The notes under the pieces were generated by a model, which did no database searches, had not been told where the DNA came from, and saw only the letters and a program-made list of their open reading frames with translations. Position numbers and translations under genes: made by a program. From IMG/VR virus record IMGVR_UViG_3300044655_001643: a DNA stretch of 64,000 nt; one strand, 5' to 3'. The first letter of the stretch is position 1. Each line of letters opens with the position of its first letter. Below, piece after piece: positions 56,388 through 64,000 of this stretch. The stretch is from a virus.

Positions 56388-58055
56388 TTATCTGCGTCTA
56401 TTATTTATACTGATAACCGACTTGTTTACTTCATCATCTAGACCAGGTGTTAGCGACTCAGTTTCTTCGGTATTTTCAATTGTGTTATCTTCTTGTGGTA
56501 CATCAGGTGCTGGTGCACCACCGCCGCTCATTACAGGACCTTGCATGTCATCAGGCAGTGTATCTTTTTCTTCAGCAATCTGTTCATCCATCTGATCAAT
56601 TTCTTCTTCAGTCATCATGAGAATCTTCTCTTTGACATACTTGTTTGAGAAATAACGACCGACGAATGGATCAACCAATTGTACCATTTGCAGACGGTTC
56701 TGTAACAGTTCTGCCTCACGAAGTTCTGTGAAGTTATTATCTTTACGGAAGTCATAGTAAATATTCTCTTTGAATTCATCCCACTCTTCACGTGTACAAA
56801 CACCCTTGAGTACCAATTGTGTACGCAGAAGATCATCAAACAACTGAGAAAATTTATTACGCAGACGAACGACAAATTTGGCAAACTTGAGTTCGTCACG
56901 TGTAACTTCTTGTGAACGACCTATGCCAGCAAGACCACCTTCTTGTGATTCTAAACGTGAGTATGGTACATTCAATGACTGCAATAATTTCTTCTGAAAG
57001 TATTTTACATCTTCCAGTTCACCAAGATTCTGACCGGCTGGCAATGTTGTAATCTCTGTGCCTTTACCACCTTCACGGCGTGGTAACCAGAAATCTTCAA
57101 GCATTGACATATGCTTACGCTCGTCACGCAATTCACCAGTGTTGGCATCATAAACAAGTTTGTTACGATACTTGATCATAATGTCACGCAGATATTGTTC
57201 TGCTTTACCACGTGGCAAGTTACCAACGTCGATGTAGAAAACACGGCGTTCTGGCGCACGTGAAATACGATAGATAACAATCGCATCTTCAATCATTCTC
57301 AACTGATTGAGTGGCTTGATTGCTTTGTGTAGATATGAAATAACAAATGTATTCTTAGCATCCATCAAACCAGAATTGATATTGACAATTGAATCTGGTG
57401 CAATACGGAGACCTTGGCCTACATTTGCTGTGAATGTTTGTGTTGTTGTACCACGATCATTGAACACATAGTATTCAGCAGTCGATACAATGACCATTGC
57501 ACCCGTTCTTGGATCACGGTCTTTTTTGATTTCACGTACTTTACGAATCTTACGTGGATCAATGTAACGAAGTTCTTTGATACCTTCTTTTGGATTTTCA
57601 TCATTGACAACGATGTGATAAAACATACGACCGTCAATGTACCAACGCTTGAATAGATCGTCGGCAAGATTTGAAAAGTTCAACAGTCTAACGATTGTAT
57701 TGAACTCTTCAATGATTTTCTTTTTGATTGATTCTGGTTGCTTGAGATTGTTTAGAACGATATCAACAACTCTACCAGATTCGTCATGTGTAATAGCTTC
57801 ATTGACGATTTCATCAATCGCCATCTGACATTCTGGATGATTTGACATCTCACGATATCGTGTGATAAGTTCAATCTCATTACGGACTGAACCTTCTAGA
57901 TCAACATAAGTACCGTAATACGCATTTTGCGTAACGGTAACTGCACCATCATCTAATTGTGCAGCAGACGGCAGAGTAAAGGATGCCTGTTCAGGTTTTT
58001 CTTTCTGAACGACATCCCTTGCTCCGATTGTGAAGCCAAACAGTTTGATTGCCAC
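56388..58055 (-). CDS. gp20: portal vertex protein (gp20)
   Basis: YRISRAPERRVFYIDVGNLP and EDFWLPRREGGKGTEITTLP. Confidence 0.98.
   Translation of the reverse strand: MAIKLFGFTIGARDVVQKEKPEQASFTLPSAAQLDDGAVTVTQNAYYGTYVDLEGSVRNEIELITRYREMSNHPECQMAIDEIVNEAITHDESGRVVDIVLNNLKQPESIKKKIIEEFNTIVRLLNFSNLADDLFKRWYIDGRMFYHIVVNDENPKEGIKELRYIDPRKIRKVREIKKDRDPRTGAMVIVSTAEYYVFNDRGTTTQTFTANVGQGLRIAPDSIVNINSGLMDAKNTFVISYLHKAIKPLNQLRMIEDAIVIYRISRAPERRVFYIDVGNLPRGKAEQYLRDIMIKYRNKLVYDANTGELRDERKHMSMLEDFWLPRREGGKGTEITTLPAGQNLGELEDVKYFQKKLLQSLNVPYSRLESQEGGLAGIGRSQEVTRDELKFAKFVVRLRNKFSQLFDDLLRTQLVLKGVCTREEWDEFKENIYYDFRKDNNFTELREAELLQNRLQMVQLVDPFVGRYFSNKYVKEKILMMTEEEIDQMDEQIAEEKDTLPDDMQGPVMSGGGAPAPDVPQEDNTIENTEETESLTPGLDDEVNKSVISINNRRR
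56402..56409 (-). promoter_or_regulatory. T4-type late promoter TATAAATA
   Basis: Within the gp20 3' end, upstream of the gp67-like gene. Confidence 0.7.
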
Positions 58056-58081
58056 GCTGAGTTATCCTCTCATTTCAAAAG

Positions 58082-58108
58082 TAAAAGTAAGGGTAAAACA
58101 CCCTTACT
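58082..58108 (-). terminator. hairpin terminator after gp19
   Basis: AGTAAGGGT-GTTTT-ACCCTTACT followed by TTT. Confidence 0.65.
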
Positions 58109-58109
58109 C

Positions 58110-58655
58110 TTAGACCACACCGTCTGCAACTGCTTCCCACCACTGATAGGTAAGCGTTACAGAAAACTCTTCAATGGTATCATTTGAACCCCAATCAACA
58201 TCGATTGGAGTAATGTCAGTTGGGAACATACCAACAAACTTATATTTTTTGATTGCATTACCAGCTTTTGCAAACTGAGTAACTTCACCATCAACTGAGT
58301 AACCCAACGGCGTACTTGCAAGAGGGTTACGAACGTTTAGATTGTGGCTATTGATGCCATTCATCCAACGTTCAAATGCATTACGGATAATAAAATCTTC
58401 ATCGTTGATGATTGTTACTGTCCAATCAGCAAATGTACGGTTGCCAACAAACTTTAGTTCACGACCAAAGTATTGAACAGGCACAACGCCCAGAGTTGCT
58501 CCTGGAAGTTGTGCTGTCTTACACATGAACGTTGTTTTTGTTTGTGCGTTTCCTGGTGCTGAGAACGCAGGAAACGGCAAACTTACCTCAAATAGATTTG
58601 GGCGGGCACCGTCACCTTGTAATTGTGAACGGAACTGATTTACGTTAAATGCCAT
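58110..58655 (-). CDS. gp19: tail tube protein (gp19)
   Basis: GARPNLFEV, GNRTFADWTVT and IEEFSVT. Confidence 0.95.
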   Translation of the reverse strand: MAFNVNQFRSQLQGDGARPNLFEVSLPFPAFSAPGNAQTKTTFMCKTAQLPGATLGVVPVQYFGRELKFVGNRTFADWTVTIINDEDFIIRNAFERWMNGINSHNLNVRNPLASTPLGYSVDGEVTQFAKAGNAIKKYKFVGMFPTDITPIDVDWGSNDTIEEFSVTLTYQWWEAVADGVV

Positions 58656-58680
58656 TTATTATTCTCCTGTTTCTCTTTAT

Positions 58681-60372
58681 TTAGGCTGCACCAACAACTT
58701 CATTGAAACTTACGCCTGTACGAACGGCAACAAAGTTCAACTGAATGAAGTTGATAGAACGAGCAGGTTTGATGTAAATGTCACCAACAAATTCATTACG
58801 GTCGATAATTTCCGCTGTGTTATTTGTATCATCGCAGACAACACGGAAGTCTGTGATACCACGACGACCTTGAACATCACGCAGGAATGGTTCAACTAAT
58901 GCAACAAACTGGGCACGTGTGAACTGATCGTTATATTCAAATAGTGAGAAACGTGCTGCACGTGAAATTGCTTTTTCAAGAACGATGAACAGACGGCGTA
59001 CATTGATACGATCAAATGCACTTGGCTTGCTCAACAGTGTCTTGTCGCCAAACAGAACGGTACCTTCACCTGGGAACGAAACAACTGGGTTTACGCCAAC
59101 TTGATACAAGTCATCACGATTTGTTTTTGTTGGATTCCATGAAAGTTTGATTACGTTCTTGATTACACCACGATTCATACCACCAGGTGAGAACCATGGA
59201 TCACGTTCGTTATCGGTACGTACACATAGACCAGCAATGTCACCGTTTAGTGGTACCCAACGATAAACATCCGAGTATTTGTCGTACTGATATTTGTAAC
59301 CAGAATCGAGAACTGCATATGAAGATGATGTCAATCCATTACGGAATGCTTTGACATCAGTTACTTCATTTCCTGCATTGTCAACAACGTCTGCTTTTTC
59401 TGGTGAAATAAATGCAACGCAATCTTTACGTGTTTCTGCAATATTGCTGATAACGTATGTAGCGATTGTGCTGTTACCTTGACCGGTAACAAGCAGTGAT
59501 ATATCAACAGATTCAGCATTTCTAAAGTTATCCCAACCACTTACAACGTTTGCAGTGCTAACTGTACCAACAACACCGCCAGAAAGTGAGTTTGAAGAGT
59601 TACTTGAAAGTAGTTTGAATGCGCTAACGTTAGCAGTCGAGCCCCATGCTGTACCTGTTCCTAGGTTCGTTGGATGTGACAACCACCAGATGTATTGTGA
59701 ACGATTCTGAATAACATCTTTATAGTAGTTTGAATTACCGCTGTCATCTTTAGCATCAGATGCTTTCGATACAAACGAATATTTTTCCAGAACTGTGCCT
59801 GCGGCGCCTGTCCACAATCCATCTTCGTCAACAACAACAATATGAACTTCATCGTTTGCACCGCCACGACTTGCAACATATGATGATGTGTTAGGAACTG
59901 CGCTGAATTGTGAAGCATATGCCCAAACATTGTATGTGTTTGCATCTGCCATTGAAACGAGAATGCTGTTACCTAAAGAACCAGCGTAACGTGCGCCCCA
60001 TCCACCAGTGTTACCGTATGAACCTGCTGCATAGCCTGTGTGATTATCTACATAATCATCGTCGTTTTTGATAAGTACGCCTGTGCCATTTGCTGTAGCA
60101 TTCAAGGCACCAAGGCCTTGGGCACGAACAATCTTTAGATTATTGCCATATGCTAGAAAGTTCGCTGCCGAGAACCAATATTCATAATTATCGCTATCTG
60201 GTTTGCCGAATGAATTTACCAAACGAACTTCATCCGAAATAGTTGTTACTGCACCGATTGGTCCCCAATTAAAAGGTCCTACAAAAGCGCCAGTAGAAGT
60301 GGCAACTGAAGGAATAACTGTAGTCAGATCAATCTCTGATACATTCACTCCAGGTGATAATTGAAATGCCAT
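58681..60372 (-). CDS. gp18: tail sheath protein (gp18)
   Basis: SPGVNVSEIDLT, FDRINVRRLF and IKPARSINFI; CTAAATA upstream at 60417-60423. Confidence 0.97.
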   Translation of the reverse strand: MAFQLSPGVNVSEIDLTTVIPSVATSTGAFVGPFNWGPIGAVTTISDEVRLVNSFGKPDSDNYEYWFSAANFLAYGNNLKIVRAQGLGALNATANGTGVLIKNDDDYVDNHTGYAAGSYGNTGGWGARYAGSLGNSILVSMADANTYNVWAYASQFSAVPNTSSYVASRGGANDEVHIVVVDEDGLWTGAAGTVLEKYSFVSKASDAKDDSGNSNYYKDVIQNRSQYIWWLSHPTNLGTGTAWGSTANVSAFKLLSSNSSNSLSGGVVGTVSTANVVSGWDNFRNAESVDISLLVTGQGNSTIATYVISNIAETRKDCVAFISPEKADVVDNAGNEVTDVKAFRNGLTSSSYAVLDSGYKYQYDKYSDVYRWVPLNGDIAGLCVRTDNERDPWFSPGGMNRGVIKNVIKLSWNPTKTNRDDLYQVGVNPVVSFPGEGTVLFGDKTLLSKPSAFDRINVRRLFIVLEKAISRAARFSLFEYNDQFTRAQFVALVEPFLRDVQGRRGITDFRVVCDDTNNTAEIIDRNEFVGDIYIKPARSINFIQLNFVAVRTGVSFNEVVGAA

Positions 60373-60427
60373 TGGATTTCTCCTTTTATTGTTGGGTCAA
60401 TATTCTTTTTATAGTCTATTTAGTTTT

Positions 60428-62059
60428 TTACAACCTTGATGATAAATAACCCGTTGGTGCTTCCCAGACATCTCCATCTTCGGCCATGGCTTCTTGTGTA
60501 ACACCATCGTCGATAAAGCCAAAAGGCACCATACTTTCATCTACGAGCATATTCTGCTCTTCCAACATAATCTTACGAATATCAATTCTAGTCTCATCTT
60601 TGAAGAATGCTTGGGCTGTCAACCACGCATAAAGTACCAAACCCATTACAATATCGTCGTTATTACCCTCTTCGGCAGCAAATGTGTCTTTTGTTCTGAC
60701 AAAAGTGTTTAGTTCAGCAATGGTGTCAAAGTCATTGATAATTAGTTTGTCATTCTCAATTAGAGTCTTGAGGTTAGCACAACCAATTTTCTTGACTGAT
60801 TTAGTTGTTTTTACACCAAAAGCCACTGAGCGTTTGAAGCCAGAAGAAATGCTCTGACCTTTGATGTGATGATGCTCCAGTTTGTAAATATGCTCATACT
60901 CTAAGTCGTAATGAAGAATATCAACAACTTGCTGGCCAATATTATTTGTTTCAATCAGTACGTAGGCTTCATTATATCTACGGGCTAATGAGTAAACAAT
61001 TGTTGGGAAGAATAGCAGCGGCAACTTATTATTACGATATCTTGCCACTTGTTTATAGGGCGCTTCGGTGGCATCAAGAATATTGATTGTTGAATAGTCT
61101 AGATTGACACCTTCAGCGCAGTCTACCGTAGCAATGTATATTCTACCTGGTCGAGCATCTTCATAAATGAATAGGTTACCATCATCTTCAATACGTGCTG
61201 GATCACGGAATGCCATTGAACGTAGTTTTGCACCAGAGATGAGCGTAGCCGCAGAACCAATAAACTCAGTCTCAAATTCTTGTCGAAACTGTTCTTCAGA
61301 AGTGTTTCGTATTGTTTCTTCTTTCCACTTCTCATCACGGCCTGGTACCATTGACCAGTGAACTTCAAGTGTTTTATATAACGAACGGCCCTCTAAAGCA
61401 TCCATCCACATCTTGTAGAATAGATTTAGACCGTTCGGCGTAGAAACAATAATTACTTTTGATGTTTTACCAGATGAGATAACGGGATAAGTAGAAGTAA
61501 AAAATTCTACTGCCAGATTATGTGGTACGAACGCAAATTCATCAAGAAAGATTAGATTATATGTACCACCTCGAACACCCGCCGCTGATGTGGCATAAGC
61601 ATAAATTTTTGAACCGTTCTCTAATTCAATCGAGCGTTTGTTCCAGTTGATAATACCTTGTTGTAACCAAACTGGAAGATACTCATATGCTTTTTGAATC
61701 TTCGCAAGAATGTCTTGAGCTAATTGAAGTTTGTTAGCAAGAATACCAATAACATAATCTTCATTGAACAAAGCAGACCATAACATATAACCGACAGTAG
61801 TTGTTGTCTTACCAACTTGTCGAGGCATCTTAGCAATGCAGAAACGATTCTCATGAAACGTTCTGACCATATCTTTTTGAAAGTCCCACATATCAAATGG
61901 AACAAGACCACGGTCAACGTTGACAATCTTTACATAGTTTGCTATAAAGTATACTGGATCTTCAGCACACTTTACATACTCTTTGACTTCTTCTTCTGTA
62001 AGGGATAATTCAACACCGACTTTTTTGAGCCTAGCATTACCAAGGTATCCAACTTCCAT
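60428..62059 (-). CDS. gp17: terminase large subunit (gp17)
   Basis: PRQVGKTT, FLDEFAF, VSTPNG and DDIVM motifs. Confidence 0.97.
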   Translation of the reverse strand: MEVGYLGNARLKKVGVELSLTEEEVKEYVKCAEDPVYFIANYVKIVNVDRGLVPFDMWDFQKDMVRTFHENRFCIAKMPRQVGKTTTTVGYMLWSALFNEDYVIGILANKLQLAQDILAKIQKAYEYLPVWLQQGIINWNKRSIELENGSKIYAYATSAAGVRGGTYNLIFLDEFAFVPHNLAVEFFTSTYPVISSGKTSKVIIVSTPNGLNLFYKMWMDALEGRSLYKTLEVHWSMVPGRDEKWKEETIRNTSEEQFRQEFETEFIGSAATLISGAKLRSMAFRDPARIEDDGNLFIYEDARPGRIYIATVDCAEGVNLDYSTINILDATEAPYKQVARYRNNKLPLLFFPTIVYSLARRYNEAYVLIETNNIGQQVVDILHYDLEYEHIYKLEHHHIKGQSISSGFKRSVAFGVKTTKSVKKIGCANLKTLIENDKLIINDFDTIAELNTFVRTKDTFAAEEGNNDDIVMGLVLYAWLTAQAFFKDETRIDIRKIMLEEQNMLVDESMVPFGFIDDGVTQEAMAEDGDVWEAPTGYLSSRL

Positions 62060-62062
62060 GTT

Positions 62063-62497
62063 TTATCGAGTAAAACTCTTTAGCATCCAACCATGTTTTT
62101 GATGAGCGTCAAGAATGTCTTGAAGAAAATTACCTACTGCTGGTTCATCAGCAGCATCAGCAAGAGCAATGCCTGTACGAAGTTCGAGAATGTACTTGTT
62201 GTTATCATTTACAAGTTCACTCATCATAACCAATGGTGATGGTATTGCTACCAAGTCATTTACTTTAGAAAGTTCCATCATTCGTGCTAATGTGGTAGGT
62301 GCATATGAACCTAAAGCACGAATATGTTCTGCAATAGAATCTGTCTGGTCAAACACAGATTCATAAAAGTCACCTAAGAAGCCGTGATATTGTGCAAAAT
62401 CTGGACCTTCTACATTCCAGTGAAATGTATGTGCCTTGAAATACAAACCGAAGTTTGTGCCAAGGATAATTTTCATTTGTTCGATTAGTTGTTCCAT
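62063..62497 (-). CDS. dps: Dps-family ferritin-like protein
   Basis: KAHTFHWNVEGPDF..YH, DSIAEHIRALG and HQKHGWML ferroxidase signatures. Confidence 0.9.
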   Translation of the reverse strand: MEQLIEQMKIILGTNFGLYFKAHTFHWNVEGPDFAQYHGFLGDFYESVFDQTDSIAEHIRALGSYAPTTLARMMELSKVNDLVAIPSPLVMMSELVNDNNKYILELRTGIALADAADEPAVGNFLQDILDAHQKHGWMLKSFTR

Positions 62498-62501
62498 AGT
62501 C

Positions 62502-62903
62502 TTATTTGTTAGATTTGATCATTTTTAGAAGTTCAGTGGTGGAGCCAACAAAGACTGCTTTATCTATGTTGACTCCCTTTGCGACTTCAGATTGGGGTGC
62601 AAGCTCTCTTTTTGTTTTCTGAAGTTGAAGCAAATCTTTGTTCATCTCGGTTAGATTTTTCATCATATTAGCCAAGACTTCGTATGCTCTCGGTGATTCT
62701 GATTGATTGGCAACATAAGCCAGATCATTCAATGCTTTGTTGCCCGTATCAATGAGTGTTTTGATATTTTCACGGGCATAATTTGAATCTGTTTCAACAA
62801 TGTCTGATGTTTCTACAACAACGGGCATAGTCTGAACTGGCGGTATTTCTTCTACCGGTTCAATGTCAAAGATTTCAGACAAATTTTTGTTTAGCTTTTT
62901 CAT
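62502..62903 (-). CDS. gp16: terminase small subunit (gp16)
   Basis: SPRAYEV and AVFVGSTTELLK; synteny. Confidence 0.9.
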   Translation of the reverse strand: MKKLNKNLSEIFDIEPVEEIPPVQTMPVVVETSDIVETDSNYARENIKTLIDTGNKALNDLAYVANQSESPRAYEVLANMMKNLTEMNKDLLQLQKTKRELAPQSEVAKGVNIDKAVFVGSTTELLKMIKSNK

Positions 62904-63901
62904 GATAACGTATCAGGCCATTCTACGATTGTTTCAATATAACCGTAACTAGTATTCGGTAATGCTGTAGTCGGTGTAGGCTCAGTAATTACAGCAGCAG
63001 CATTGATTGAATTGATATCCAATGTTGCGACATTATACTTTGCACCAGAATAATCACCTGTCAATGTGTAACCAGATTCAATGTATTTATTACCACCAGT
63101 AATGACAAGTGTGCCAAGTGATGTGTTACTAAAGAACTCTACTGTACCAACAAATCCATTTGCGGTATCACGCAGAGTTTCGCCTGTTGTGAATACATTA
63201 TTGCCATTGGCAAAGTCAACATAGACCTTTTGAATTTCTTTTGACGTAAGGTCAATGTTGATGTTTGTATTTGCAGTATTGATGATTTTACCAGACTTGA
63301 CTGGTGGCCAGATGAAGCTCTTGGCAGTAAATGTCAAATCCCAAACGATCAATCTTGTTGTGCCATCTGACATGCCACCTTCATACTCAACGGTAGATGC
63401 AACAGAATTGAGTATAATAGGCACGTTGTATTTCTGATTCATTGCTGGAATAAAATCCACAACAACATTGAAATCTGGTGTGAAGAATGGTAAAATCTGT
63501 TCGAGTATCTGTGTACCATCTTCTGTATTACGAACATAGATTGATAAACTAAATTCAAAGTTATACGGCACAGGTAAAAACTGTGTGCTTACGCCAGTGT
63601 TTGTGGCAGCAGCAAAATTTTGTAACGTTGAGACTTGTTTACGACTTAGATCATATTCCAGACTGTCAAGATTGAATGACATTCGTGGAACAACTGTGTT
63701 GATTGATTTGATAAGATTAGGATCAGAAGTTATCTGAGTTAGATAACGTTCTTTTGGTCCATAAGATAATGGTACTTTTTGTTTTTCTTTTGGAACACCC
63801 GCTTGTGTGTAACGAACAATCTCCAAATCATTGAACATTGTGCCAAATACAACCACCATCTTGCGGATGGTGCGGTGATAAAATTGTGCATTACCTAACA
63901 T
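62900..63901 (-). CDS. gp15: tail sheath stabiliser/completion protein (gp15)
   Basis: FYHRTIRK.VVVFGTMFND, VPLSYGPK, PRMSF and EQILPFFTP. Confidence 0.93.
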   Translation of the reverse strand: MLGNAQFYHRTIRKMVVVFGTMFNDLEIVRYTQAGVPKEKQKVPLSYGPKERYLTQITSDPNLIKSINTVVPRMSFNLDSLEYDLSRKQVSTLQNFAAATNTGVSTQFLPVPYNFEFSLSIYVRNTEDGTQILEQILPFFTPDFNVVVDFIPAMNQKYNVPIILNSVASTVEYEGGMSDGTTRLIVWDLTFTAKSFIWPPVKSGKIINTANTNINIDLTSKEIQKVYVDFANGNNVFTTGETLRDTANGFVGTVEFFSNTSLGTLVITGGNKYIESGYTLTGDYSGAKYNVATLDINSINAAAVITEPTPTTALPNTSYGYIETIVEWPDTLS

Positions 63902-64000
63902 TATGGTTCACCAAATGGATTGATTTCAGTGAAGTCAATAATGCCATCACTTGCTGCTTCGATACGAGCATTGTCAAAGATATCTTCAAATGCATTATTT
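63901..64000 (-). CDS. gp14: C-terminus of neck protein (gp14), truncated
   Basis: Manual translation ...DNARIEAASDGIIDFTEINPFGEP*; DF.E.NPFG terminus and synteny. Confidence 0.75.
   Translation of the reverse strand, partial: NNAFEDIFDNARIEAASDGIIDFTEINPFGEP

Noticed and set aside
19350-62059. Inteins, introns or homing endonucleases in gp41, gp43, gp46, gp17, gp20 or gp23
   Set aside because: All are continuous ORFs of ordinary length with no visible splicing or HNH/GIY-YIG/LAGLIDADG motifs.
484-63437. All plus-strand ORFs and short nested minus-strand ORFs in the ORF track
   Set aside because: They are antisense or out-of-frame shadows of well-supported minus-strand genes, with no recognisable motifs.
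1-64000. tRNA genes or alternative genetic code
   Set aside because: No cloverleaf was recognised in the short intergenic gaps, and core genes translate full length with the standard code.

Overview
A 64-kb piece of a T4-like (myovirus) phage genome, with essentially all genes on the minus strand. Read in transcription order (right to left) it holds the following. First is the neck/tail/head module (gp14 end, gp15-gp23, gp3), with a Dps gene inserted between the terminase genes. Next come uvsY and uvsW, a sugar-nucleotide cassette (B12 radical SAM, split transketolase, HddA-like kinase, His-type DegT enzyme, epimerase), gp55, gp47/gp46, peptide deformylase and a TAGT/GREB1-like glycosyltransferase cassette. 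The replication module follows (cobT/cobS-like, gp45/44/62, regA, hsp20, dCMP deaminase, gp43, uvsX, gp41). The last ~19 kb is a late-promoter-driven accessory region ending in a spanin/endolysin lysis cassette. Spanins imply a Gram-negative host, and the ErpA looks proteobacterial (inference). Two systems stand out. (1) Several proteins (notably 2991-10150) begin with T4 internal-protein-like capsid-targeting N-termini and/or are built from small basic or enzymatic modules joined by a repeated acidic linker (KEEVEQLDE-like) that fits the T4 gp21 protease cut rule. They look like virion-packaged, protease-processed polyproteins carrying a HicA-like RNase, a nucleotidyltransferase and a P-loop kinase, with a ligase-like protein nearby. 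(2) A 2-epi-5-epi-valiolone synthase (sedoheptulose-7-P cyclase) sits with a kinase, nucleotidyltransferase, SDR, O-methyltransferase and glycosyltransferase-like genes, suggesting a phage-encoded C7-cyclitol (carbasugar) pathway. All assignments come from motif recognition by eye; no searches were run.
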